64,000 nt of DNA. Source: Eledone cirrhosa (lineage: Eukaryota). Below, piece after piece: positions 27,501-39,900 of the stretch. Numbering within the stretch: position 1 is the stretch's first letter; each line of letters begins with the position of its first letter. Position numbers and translations under genes: made by a program. The DNA is taken from positions 246,636,001 through 246,700,000 of the forward strand of contig OZ024741.1 of NCBI GenBank assembly GCA_964016885.1, given 5' to 3'. The notes under the pieces are model-generated. The model searched no databases and had not been told where the DNA came from. It saw nothing but the letters and a program-made list of their open reading frames with translations.

Positions 27501-29512
27501 TTTTTTTACAAATTATCTCCCCCTGATTTTTTTTTACAAATTATCTCCCCCTGATTTTTTTTTACAAATTATCTCCCCCTGATTTTTTTTTACAAATTAT
27601 CTCCCCCTGATTTTTTTTTACAAATTATCTCCCCCTGATTTTTTTTTACAAATTATCTCCGCCTGATTTTTTTTTAAAAATTACCTCCCCTTGGACGGCT
27701 GGAAATTATCTCCCCTTGGACGGCTGGAAATTATCTCCCCTTGGACGGCTAGAAATTATCTCTCCTTGGACGGCTGAAAATTATCTCCCCTTGGACGGCT
27801 GCAAATTATCTCCCCTTGATTTTTTTACAAATTATCTCCCCCTGATTTTTTTTACAAATTATCTCCCCCTGATTTTTTTTACAAATTATCTACCCCTGAT
27901 TTTTTTTACAAATTATCTCCCCCTGATTTTTTTTTACAAATTATCTCCCCCTGATTTTTTTTACAAATTATCTCCCCCTGATTTTTCTTTTACAAATTAT
28001 CTCCCCCTGATTTTTTTACAAAGTATCTCCCCCTGATTTTTTTTACAATCTCCGCCTGATTTTTTTAAAAATTATCTTCCCTTGGCTGGCGGGAAATTAT
28101 CTCCCCTTGGACGGCTGGAAATTATCTCCCCTTGGAAGGATGGAAATTATCTCCCCTTGGACGGCTGGAAATTATCTCCCCTTGCACGGCTGGAAATTAT
28201 CTCCCCTTGGACGGCTAGAAATTATCTCTCTTTGGACGGCTGGAAATTATCTACCTTTGATTTTTTTTACAAATTATCTCCCTCTGATTTTTTTTACAAA
28301 TCTCCCCCTGATTTTTTAAAAAAAATTATCTCCCCTTCGCTGGCTGGAAATTATCTCCCCTTGGACACTGGAAATTATAGCCCCTTGGAGGGCTGGAAAT
28401 TATCTTCCCTTGGACGGCTGGAAATTATCTCCCCCTGATTTTTTTTACAAATTATCTCCGCCTTATTTTTTTAAAAAATTATCTCTCCTTGGACGGCTGG
28501 AAATTATCTCCCCTTGATTTTTTTTACAAATAATCTCCCCCTGATTTTTTTTTACAAATTATCTCCCCCTGATTTTTTTTTACAAATTATCTACCCCTGA
28601 TTTTTTTTTACAAATTATCTCCCCCTGATTTTTTACAAATTATCTCCCCCTGATTTTTCTTTTACAAATTATCTCCCCCTGATTTTTTTTACAAATTATC
28701 TCCGCCTGATTTTTTTAAATATTATCTTCCCTTGGCTGGCGGGAAATTATCTCCCCTTGGACGGCTGGAAATTATCTGCCCTTGATTTTCTTTTTACAAA
28801 TTATCTTCCACTGATTTTTTTTACAAATTATCTCCACCTGATTTTTTAAAAAATTATCTCCCCTTGGAAGGCTGGAAATTATCTCCCCTTGGCTGGAAAT
28901 TATCTCCCCTTGGACGGCTAGAAATTATCTCTCTTTGTACGGCTGGAAATTATCACCCCTTGAGTTTTTTACAAATTATCTCCCCCTGATTTTTTTTACA
29001 AATCTCCCAGTGTTTTTTAAAAAAAATTATCTCCCCTTCGCTGGCTGGAAATTATCTCCCCTTGGATGGCTAGATATTACCTCCCCTTGGACGGCTGGAA
29101 ATTATCTCCCCTTGATTTTTTTAACAAATTATCTCCCCCTGATTTTTTTTTACAAATGATCTCCCCCTGATTTTTTTTAAAAAATTATCTTCCCCTGATT
29201 TTTGTTTACAAATTATCTCCGCCTGATTTTTTTTAACAAATTATCTCCCCTTGGACTGCTGGAAATTATCTCCCCTTGGACGGCTGGAAATTATATCTCC
29301 TTGGACGGCTAGAATTTACCTCTCCTTGGACGGCTGAAAATTATCTCCCCTTGGACGGCTGGAAATTATCTCCCCTTGATTTTTTTTACAAATCATCTCC
29401 CCCTGATTTTTTTTTACAAATTATCTCCCCCTGATTTTTTTTTACAAATTATCTCCCCCTGATTTTTTTTTACAAATTATCTCCCCCTGATTTTTTTACA
29501 AATTATCTCCCC

Positions 29513-29736
29513 TTGGCTGGCTGGAAATTATCTCCCCTTGGAGGCTGGAACTTATCTCCCCTTGGACGGCTAGAAATTACCTCTCCTTGGACGGCTGGAA
29601 AATATGTCTCCTTGGACGGCTGGATATTATCTCCCCTTGGACGGCTGGAAATTATCTCCCCTTGGACGGCTGGAAATTATCTCCCCTTGGATGGCTAGAT
29701 ATTACCTCCCCTTGGACGGCTGGAAATTATCTCCCC
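29513..29736 (+). repeat. Representative 9-monomer type-A module (224 bp), reused on both sides of the gap
   Basis: Fixed variant order GCTGGCTGG, GAGGCTGGAAC, GGCTAG..ACCTCTCC, AAAATATGTCTCC, GGATATT, two canonical monomers, GATGGCTAGATATTACC, canonical. Also at ~144, 6094, 13512, 25036, 25661, 33420, 37327, 40948, 53722, 54350, 57907, 59214, 60471 and 61699. Confidence 0.9.
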
Positions 29737-32700
29737 TTGATTTTTTTTACAAATTATCTCCCCCTGATTTTTTTTTACAAATTATCTCCCCCTGATTTTT
29801 TTTTACAAATTATCTCCCCCTGATTTTTGTTTACAAATTATCTCCGCCTGATTTTTTTTTTAAAATTATCTCCCCTTGGACGGCTGGAAATTATCTCCCC
29901 TTGGACGGCTAGAAATTACCTCTCCTTGGACGGCTGAAAATTATCTCCCCTTGGACGGCTGGAAATTATCTCCCCTTGATTTTTTTACAAATTATCTCCC
30001 CCTGATTTTTTTTTTACAAATTATCTCCCCCTGATTTTTTTTTACAAATTATCTACCCCTGATTTTTTTTTACAAATTATCTCCCCCTGATTTTTTTTTA
30101 CAAATTATCTACCCCTGATTTTTTTTACAAATTATCTCCCCCTGATTTTTTTTACAAATTATCTCCCCCTGATTTTTTTTTTACAAATTATCTCCCCCTG
30201 ATTTTTTTACAAATTATCTCCCCCTGATTTTTTTTACAAATTATCTCCGCCGGATTTTTTTAAATATTATCTTCCCTTGGCTTGCGGGAAATTATCTCCC
30301 CTTGGACGGCTGAAAATTATCTCCCCTTGGACGGCTGGAAATTATCTCCCCTTGATTTTTTTTACAAATTATCTCCCCCTGATTTTTTTTTACAAATTAT
30401 CTCCCCCTGATTTTTTTTACAAATTATCTCCCCCTGATTTTTTTTTACAAATTATCTCCCCCTGATTTTTTTTACAAATTATCTCCCCCTGATTTTTTTT
30501 ACAAATTATCTCCCCCTGATTTTTTTTACAAATTATCTCCCCCTGATTTTTTTTACAAATTATCTCCGCCTGATTTTTTTAAATATTATCTTCCCTTGGC
30601 TGGCGGGAAATTATCTCCCCTTGGACGGCTGGAAATTATCTGCCCTTGATTTTCTTTTTACAAATTAACTTCCACTGATTTTTTTTACAAATTATCTCCA
30701 CCTGATTTTTTTAAAAATTATCTCCCCTTGGAAGGCTGGAAATTATCTCCCCTTGGCTGGAAATTATCTCCCCTTGGACGGCTAGAAATTATCTCTCTTT
30801 GGACGGCTGGAAATTATCACCCCTTGAGTTTTTTACAAATTATCTCCCCCTGATTTTTTTTACAAATCTCCCAGTGATTTTTAAAAAAAAATTATCTTCC
30901 CTTCGCTGGCTGGAAATTATCTCCCCTTGGACGCTGGAAATTATAGCCCCTTGGAGGGCTGGAAATTATCTTCCCTTGGACGGCTGGAAATTATCTCCCC
31001 TTGATTTTTTTTACAAATTATCTCCCCCTGATTTTTTTTTACAAATTATCTCCCCCTGATTTTTTTTTACAACTTATCTGCGCCTGATTTTTTTTAAAAA
31101 ATTATCTCCCCTTGGACGGCTGGAAATTATCTCTCCTTGGACGGCTGGAAATTATCTCTCCTTGGACGGCTAGAATTTACCTCTCCTTGGACGGCTGAAA
31201 ATTATCTCCCCTTGGACGGCTGGAAATTATCTCCCCTTGATTTTTTTTACAAATTATCTCCCCCTGATTTTTTTTTACAAATTATCTCCCCCTGATTTTT
31301 TTTTACAAATTATCTCCCCCTGATTTTTTTTTACAAATTATCTCCCCCTGATTTTTTTTACAAATTATCTCCCCCTGATTTTTTTTTACAAATTATCTCC
31401 CCCTGATTTTTTTTTACAAATTATGTCCCCCTGATTTTTTTTTACAAATTATCTCCCCCTAATTTTTTTTTACAAATTATCTCCCCCTGATTTTTTTTTA
31501 CAAATTATCTCCCCCTGATTTTTTTTTACAAATTATCTCCGCCTGATTTTTTTTAAAAAATTACCTCCCCTTGGACGGCTGGAAATTATCTCCCCTTGGA
31601 CGGCTGGAAATTATCTCCCCTTGGACGGCTAGAAATTATCTCTCCTTGGACGGCTGAAAATTATCTCCCCTTGGACGGCTGCAAATTATCTCCCCTTGAT
31701 TTTTTTTACAAATTATCTCCCCCTGATTTTTTTTACAAATTATCTCCCCCTGATTTTTTTTACAAATTATCTACCCCTGATTTTTTTTACAAATTATCTC
31801 CCCCTGATTTTTTTTTACAAATTATCTCCCCCTGATTTTTTTTTACAAATTATCTCCCCCTGATTTTTCTTTTACAAATTATCTCCCCCTGATTTTTTTA
31901 CAAAGTATCCCCCCCTGATTTTTTTTACAATCTCCGCCTGATTTTTTTAAAAATTATCTTCCCTTGGCTGGCGGGAAATTATCTCCCCTTGGACGGCTGG
32001 AAATTATCTCCCCTTGGAAGGATGGAAATTATCTCCCCTTGGACGGCTGGAAATTATCTCCCCTTGCACGGCTGGAAATTATCTCCCATTGGACGGCTAG
32101 AAATTATCTCTCTTTGGACGGCTGGAAATTATCTCCCTTTGATTTTTTTTACAAATTATCTCCCTCTGATTTTTTTTACAAATCTCCCCCTGATTTTTTA
32201 AAAAAAATTATCTCCCCTTCGCTGGCTGGAAATTATCTCCCCTTGGACACTGGAAATTATAGCCCCTTGGAGGGCCGGAAATTATCTTCCCTTGGACGGC
32301 TGGAAATTATCTCCCACTGATTTTTTTTACAAATTATCTCCGCCTTATTTTTTTAAAAAATTATCTCTCCTTGGACGGCTGGAAATTATCTCCCCTTGAT
32401 TTTTTTTACAAATAATCTCCCCCTGATTTTTTTTTACAAATTATCTCCCCCTGATTTTTTTTTACAAATTATCTACCCCTGATTTTTTTTTACAAATTAT
32501 CTCCCCCTGATTTTTTTTACGAATTATCTCCCCCTGATTTTTCTTTTACAAATTATCTCCCCCTGATTTTTTTTACAAATTATCTCCGCCTGATTTTTTA
32601 AAATATTATCTTCCCTTGGCTGGCGGGAAATTATCTCCCCTTGGACGGCTGGAAATTATCTGCCCTTGATTTTCTTTTTACAAATTATCTTCCACTGATT

Positions 32701-35700
32701 TTTTTTACAAATTATCTCCACCTGATTTTTTAAAAAATTATCTCCCCTTGGAAGGCTGGAAATTATCTCCCCTTGGCTGGAAATTATCTCCCCTTGGACG
32801 GCTAGAAATTATCTCTCTTTGTACGGCTGGAAATTATCACCCCTTGAGTTTTTTACAAATTATCTCCCCCTGATATTTTTTACAAATCTCCCAGTGTTTT
32901 TTAAAAAAAATTATCTCCCCTTCGCTGGCTGGAAATTATCTCCCCTTGGACGCTGGAAATTATAGCCCCTTGGAGGGCTGGAAATTATCTTCCCTTGGAC
33001 GGCTGGAAATTATCTCCCCTTGATTTTTTTTACAAATTATCTCCCCCTGATTTTTTTTTACAAATTATCTCCCCCTGATTTTTTTTTACAACTTATCTGC
33101 GCCTGATTTTTTTAAAAAAATTATCTTCCCTTGGACGGCTGGAAATTATCTCCCCTTGGACGGCTGGAAATTATCTCTCCTTGGACGGCTAGAATTTACC
33201 TCTCCTTGGACGGCTGAAAATTATCTCCCCTTGGACGGCTGGAAATTATCTCCCCTTGATTTTTTTTACAAATTATCTCCCCCTGATTTTTTTTTACAAA
33301 TTATCTCCCCCTGATTTTTTTTTACAAATTATCTCCCCCTGATTTTTTTTTACAAATTATCTCCCCCTGATTTTTTTTACAAATTATCTCCCCCTGATTT
33401 TTTTACAAATTATCTCCCCTTGGCTGGCTGGAAATTATCTCCCCTTGGAGGCTGGAACTTATGTCCCCTTGGACGGCTAGAAATTACCTCTCCTTGGACG
33501 GCTGGAAAATATGTCTCCTTGGACGGCTGGATATTATCTCCCCTTGGACGGCTGGAAATTATCTCCCCTTGGACGGCTGGAAATTATCTCCCCTTGGATG
33601 GCTAGATATTACCTCCCCTTGGACGGCTGGAAATTATCTCCCCTTGATTTTTTTTACAAATTATCTCCCCCTGATTTTTTTTTACAAATTATCTCCCCCT
33701 GATTTTTTTTTACAAATTATCTCCCCCTGATTTTTGTTTACAAATTATCTCCGCCTGATTTTTTTTTTAAAATTATCTCCCCTTGGACGGCTGGAAATTA
33801 TCTCCCCTTGGACGGCTAGAAATTACCTCTCCTTGGACGGCTGAAAATTATCTCCCCTTGGACGGCTGGAAATTATCTCCCCTTGATTTTTTTACAAATT
33901 ATCTCCCCCTGATTTTTTTTTTACAAATTATCTCCCCCTGATTTTTTTTTACAAATTATCTACCCCTGATTTTTTTTTACAAATTATCTCCCCCTGATTT
34001 TTTTTTACAAATTATCTACCCCTGATTTTTTTTACAAATTATCTCCCCCTGATTTTTTTTACAAATTATCTCCCCCTGATTTTTTTTTTACAAATTATCT
34101 CCCCCTGATTTTTTTACAAATTATCTCCCCCTGATTTTTTTTACAAATTATCTCCGCCGGATTTTTTTAAATATTATCTTCCCTTGGCTTGCGGGAAATT
34201 ATCTCCCCTTGGACGGCTGAAAATTATCTCCCCTTGGACGGCTGGAAATTATCTCCCCTTGATTTTTTTTACAAATTATCTCCCCCTGATTTTTTTTTAC
34301 AAATTATCTCCCCCTGATTTTTTTTACAAATTATCTCCCCCTGATTTTTTTTTACAAATTATCTCCCCCTGATTTTTTTTACAAATTATCTCCCCCTGAT
34401 TTTTTTTACAAATTATCTCCCCCTGATTTTTTTTACAAATTATCTCCCCCTGATTTTTTTTACAAATTATCTCCGCCTGATTTTTTTAAATATTATCTTC
34501 CCTTGGCTGGCGGGAAATTATCTCCCCTTGGACGGCTGGAAATTATCTGCCCTTGATTTTCTTTTTACAAATTAACTTCCACTGATTTTTTTTACAAATT
34601 ATCTCCACCTGATTTTTTTAAAAATTATCTCCCCTTGGAAGGCTGGAAATTATCTCCCCTTGGCTGGAAATTATCTCCCCTTGGACGGCTAGAAATTATC
34701 TCTCTTTGGACGGCTGGAAATTATCACCCCTTGAGTTTTTTACAAATTATCTCCCCCTGATTTTTTTTACAAATCTCCCAGTGATTTTTAAAAAAAAATT
34801 ATCTTCCCTTCGCTGGCTGGAAATTATCTCCCCTTGGACGCTGGAAATTATAGCCCCTTGGAGGGCTGGAAATTATCTTCCCTTGGACGGCTGGAAATTA
34901 TCTCCCCTTGATTTTTTTTACAAATTATCTCCCCCTGATTTTTTTTTACAAATTATCTCCCCCTGATTTTTTTTTACAACTTATCTGCGCCTGATTTTTT
35001 TAAAAAAATTATCTCCCCTTGGACGGCTGGAAATTATCTCTCCTTGGACGGCTGGAAATTATCTCTCCTTGGACGGCTAGAATTTACCTCTCCTTGGACG
35101 GCTGAAAATTATCTCCCCTTGGACGGCTGGAAATTATCTCCCCTTGATTTTTTTTACAAATTATCTCCCCCTGATTTTTTTTTACAAATTATCTCCCCCT
35201 GATTTTTTTTTACAAATTATCTCCCCCTGATTTTTTTTTACAAATTATCTCCCCCTGATTTTTTTTACAAATTATCTCCCCCTGATTTTTTTTTACAAAT
35301 TATCTCCCCCTGATTTTTTTTTACAAATTATGTCCCCCTGATTTTTTTTTACAAATTATCTCCCCCTAATTTTTTTTTACAAATTATCTCCCCCTGATTT
35401 TTTTTTACAAATTATCTCCCCCTGATTTTTTTTTACAAATTATCTCCGCCTGATTTTTTTTAAAAAATTACCTCCCCTTGGACGGCTGGAAATTATCTCC
35501 CCTTGGACGGCTGGAAATTATCTCCCCTTGGACGGCTAGAAATTATCTCTCCTTGGACGGCTGAAAATTATCTCCCCTTGGACGGCTGCAAATTATCTCC
35601 CCTTGATTTTTTTTACAAATTATCTCCCCCTGATTTTTTTTACAAATTATCTCCCCCTGATTTTTTTTACAAATTATCTACCCCTGATTTTTTTTACAAA

Positions 35701-37549
35701 TTATCTCCCCCTGATTTTTTTTTACAAATTATCTCCCCCTGATTTTTTTTTACAAATTATCTCCCCCTGATTTTTCTTTTACAAATTATCTCCCCCTGAT
35801 TTTTTTACAAAGTATCCCCCCCTGATTTTTTTTACAATCTCCGCCTGATTTTTTTAAAAATTATCTTCCCTTGGCTGGCGGGAAATTATCTCCCCTTGGA
35901 CGGCTGGAAATTATCTCCCCTTGGAAGGATGGAAATTATCTCCCCTTGGACGGCTGGAAATTATCTCCCCTTGCACGGCTGGAAATTATCTCCCATTGGA
36001 CGGCTAGAAATTATCTCTCTTTGGACGGCTGGAAATTATCTCCCTTTGATTTTTTTTACAAATTATCTCCCTCTGATTTTTTTTACAAATCTCCCCCTGA
36101 TTTTTTAAAAAAAATTATCTCCCCTTCGCTGGCTGGAAATTATCTCCCCTTGGACACTGGAAATTATAGCCCCTTGGAGGGCCGGAAATTATCTTCCCTT
36201 GGACGGCTGGAAATTATCTCCCACTGATTTTTTTTACAAATTATCTCCGCCTTATTTTTTTAAAAAATTATCTCTCCTTGGACGGCTGGAAATTATCTCC
36301 CCTTGATTTTTTTTACAAATAATCTCCCCCTGATTTTTTTTTACAAATTATCTCCCCCTGATTTTTTTTTACAAATTATCTACCCCTGATTTTTTTTTAC
36401 AAATTATCTCCCCCTGATTTTTTTTACGAATTATCTCCCCCTGATTTTTCTTTTACAAATTATCTCCCCCTGATTTTTTTTACAAATTATCTCCGCCTGA
36501 TTTTTTAAAATATTATCTTCCCTTGGCTGGCGGGAAATTATCTCCCCTTGGACGGCTGGAAATTATCTGCCCTTGATTTTCTTTTTACAAATTATCTTCC
36601 ACTGATTTTTTTTACAAATTATCTCCACCTGATTTTTTAAAAAATTATCTCCCCTTGGAAGGCTGGAAATTATCTCCCCTTGGCTGGAAATTATCTCCCC
36701 TTGGACGGCTAGAAATTATCTCTCTTTGTACGGCTGGAAATTATCACCCCTTGAGTTTTTTACAAATTATCTCCCCCTGATATTTTTTACAAATCTCCCA
36801 GTGTTTTTTAAAAAAAATTATCTCCCCTTCGCTGGCTGGAAATTATCTCCCCTTGGACGCTGGAAATTATAGCCCCTTGGAGGGCTGGAAATTATCTTCC
36901 CTTGGACGGCTGGAAATTATCTCCCCTTGATTTTTTTTACAAATTATCTCCCCCTGATTTTTTTTTACAAATTATCTCCCCCTGATTTTTTTTTACAACT
37001 TATCTGCGCCTGATTTTTTTAAAAAAATTATCTTCCCTTGGACGGCTGGAAATTATCTCCCCTTGGACGGCTGGAAATTATCTCTCCTTGGACGGCTAGA
37101 ATTTACCTCTCCTTGGACGGCTGAAAATTATCTCCCCTTGGACGGCTGGAAATTATCTCCCCTTGATTTTTTTTACAAATTATCTCCCCCTGATTTTTTT
37201 TTACAAATTATCTCCCCCTGATTTTTTTTTACAAATTATCTCCCCCTGATTTTTTTTTACAAATTATCTCCCCCTGATTTTTTTTACAAATTATCTCCCC
37301 CTGATTTTTTTACAAATTATCTCCCCTTGGCTGGCTGGAAATTATCTCCCCTTGGAGGCTGGAACTTATGTCCCCTTGGACGGCTAGAAATTACCTCTCC
37401 TTGGACGGCTGGAAAATATGTCTCCTTGGACGGCTGGATATTATCTCCCCTTGGACGGCTGGAAATTATCTCCCCTTGGACGGCTGGAAATTATCTCCCC
37501 TTGGATGGCTAGATATTACCTCCCCTTGGACGGCTGGAAATTATCACCC

Positions 37550-39900
37550 CTTGATTTTTTTTTACAAATTATCTCCCCCTGATTTTTTTTTACAAATTAT
37601 CTCCCCCTGATTTTTTTTTACAAATTATCTTCCCCTGATTTTTGTTTACAAATTATCTTCGCCTGGTTTTTTTTTTAAATTATCTCCCCTTGGACGGCTG
37701 GAAATTATCTCCCCTTGGACGGCTAGAAATTACCTCTCCTTGGACGGCTGAAAATTATCTCCCCTTGGACGGCTGGAAATTATCTCCCCTTGATTTTTTT
37801 ACAAATTATCTCCCCCTGATTTTTTTTTTACAAATTATCTCCCCCTGATTTTTTTTTTACAAATTATCTCCCCCTGATTTTTTTTTACAAATTATCTACC
37901 CCTGATTTTTTTTACAAATTATCTCCCCCTGATTTTTTTTACAAATTATCTCCCCCTGATTTTTTTTTACAAATTATCTCCCCCTGATTTTTTTACAAAT
38001 TATCTCCCCCTGATTTTTTTTACAAATTATCTCCGCCTGATTTTTTTAAATATTATCTTCCCTTGGCTGGCGGGAAATTATCTCCCCTTGGACGGCTGAA
38101 AATTATCTCCCCTTGGACGGCTGGAAATTATCTCCCCTTGATTTTTTTTACAAATTATCTCCCCCTGATTTTTTTTTACAAATTATCTCCCCCTGATTTT
38201 TTTACAAATTATCTCCCCCTGATTTTTTTTTACAAATTATCTCCCCTGATTTTTTTTTACAAATTATCTCCCTCTGATTTTTTTACAAATTATCTCCCCT
38301 TGGCTGGCTGGAAATTATCTCCCCTTGGACGGCTAGAAATTACCTCTCCTTGGACGGCTGGAAAATATGTCTCCTTGGACGGCTGGATATTATCTCCCCT
38401 TGGACGGCTGGAAATTATCTCCCCTTGGACGGATAGATATTACCTCCCCTTGGACGGCTGGAAATTATCTCCCCCTGATTTTTTTTACAAATCTCCCAAT
38501 GATTTTAAAAAAAAAATTATCTCCCCTTCGCTGGCTGGAAATTATCTCCCCTTGGACGCTGGAAATTATAGCCCCTTGGAGGGCTGGAAATTATCTTCCC
38601 TTGGACGGCTGGAAATTATCTCCCATTGATTTTTTTTACAAATTATCTCCCCCTGATTTTTTTTACAAATTATCTCCCCCTGATTTTTTTTACAAATTAT
38701 CTACCCCTGATTTTTTTTACAAATTATCTCCCCCTGATTTTTTTTTACAAATTATCTCCCCCTGATTTTTTTTTACAAATTATGTCCCCCTGATTTTTTT
38801 ACAAATTATCTCCCCCTGATTTTTTTTACAATCTCCGCCTGATTTTTTTAAAAATTATCTTCCGTTGGCTGGCTGGAAATTATCTCCCCTTGGACACTGG
38901 AAATTATAGCCCCTTGGAGGGCTGGAAATTATCTTCCCTTGGACGGCTGGAAATTATCTCCCCTTGATTTTTTTTACAAATTATCTCCGCCTGATTTTTT
39001 TTTACAAATTATCTCCCCCTGATTTTTCTATTACAAATTATCTCCCCCTGATTTTTTTACAAATTATCTCCCCCTGATTTTTTTTACAAATTATCTCCGC
39101 CTGATTTTTTTAAATATTACCTTCCCTTGGCTGGCGGGAAATTATCTCCCCTTGGACGGCTGGAAATTATCTCCCCTTGGACGGCTAGAAATTATCTCTC
39201 CTTGGACGGCTGAAAATTATCTCCCCTTGGACGGCTGCAAATTATCTCCCCTTGATTTTTTTTACAAATTATCTCCCCCTGATTTTTTTTACAAATTATC
39301 TCCCCCTAATTTTTTTTACAAATTATCTACCCCTGATTTTTTTTACAAATTATCTCCCCCTGATTTTTTTTTACAAATTATCTCCCCCTGATTTTTTTTT
39401 ACAAATTATCTCCCCCTGATTTTTTTTTTACAAATTATCTCCCCCTGATTTTTTTACAAATTATCTCCCCCTGATTTTTTTTACAATCTCCGCCTGATTT
39501 TTTTAAAAATTATCTTCCCTTGGCTGGCGGGAAATTATCTCCCCTTGGACGGCTGGAAATTATCTCCCCTTGGAAGGATGGAAATTATCTCCCCTTGGAC
39601 GGCTGGAAATTATCTCCCCTTGCACGGCTGGAAATTATCTCCCCTTGGCTGGAAATTATCTCCCCTTGGACGGCTAGAAATTATCTCTCTTTGGACGGCT
39701 GGAAATTATCTCCCTTTGATTTTTTTTACAAATTATCTCCCTCTGATTTTTTTTACAAATCTCCCCCTGATTTTTTAAAAAAAATTATCTCCCCTTCGCT
39801 GGCTGGAAATTATCTTCCCTTGGACGGCTGGAAATTATCTCCCCTTGATTTTTTTTACAAATTATCTCCGCCTGATTTTTTTTAAAAATTATCTCTCCTT
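37550..39900 (+). repeat. Intervening block inside the 3907-bp HOR run, related to ~22240-24000
   Basis: GGACGGATAGATATT seen at ~22247 and ~38427. ORF pairs 23213/39152 and 23581/39520 both have offset 15939. Confidence 0.8.
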
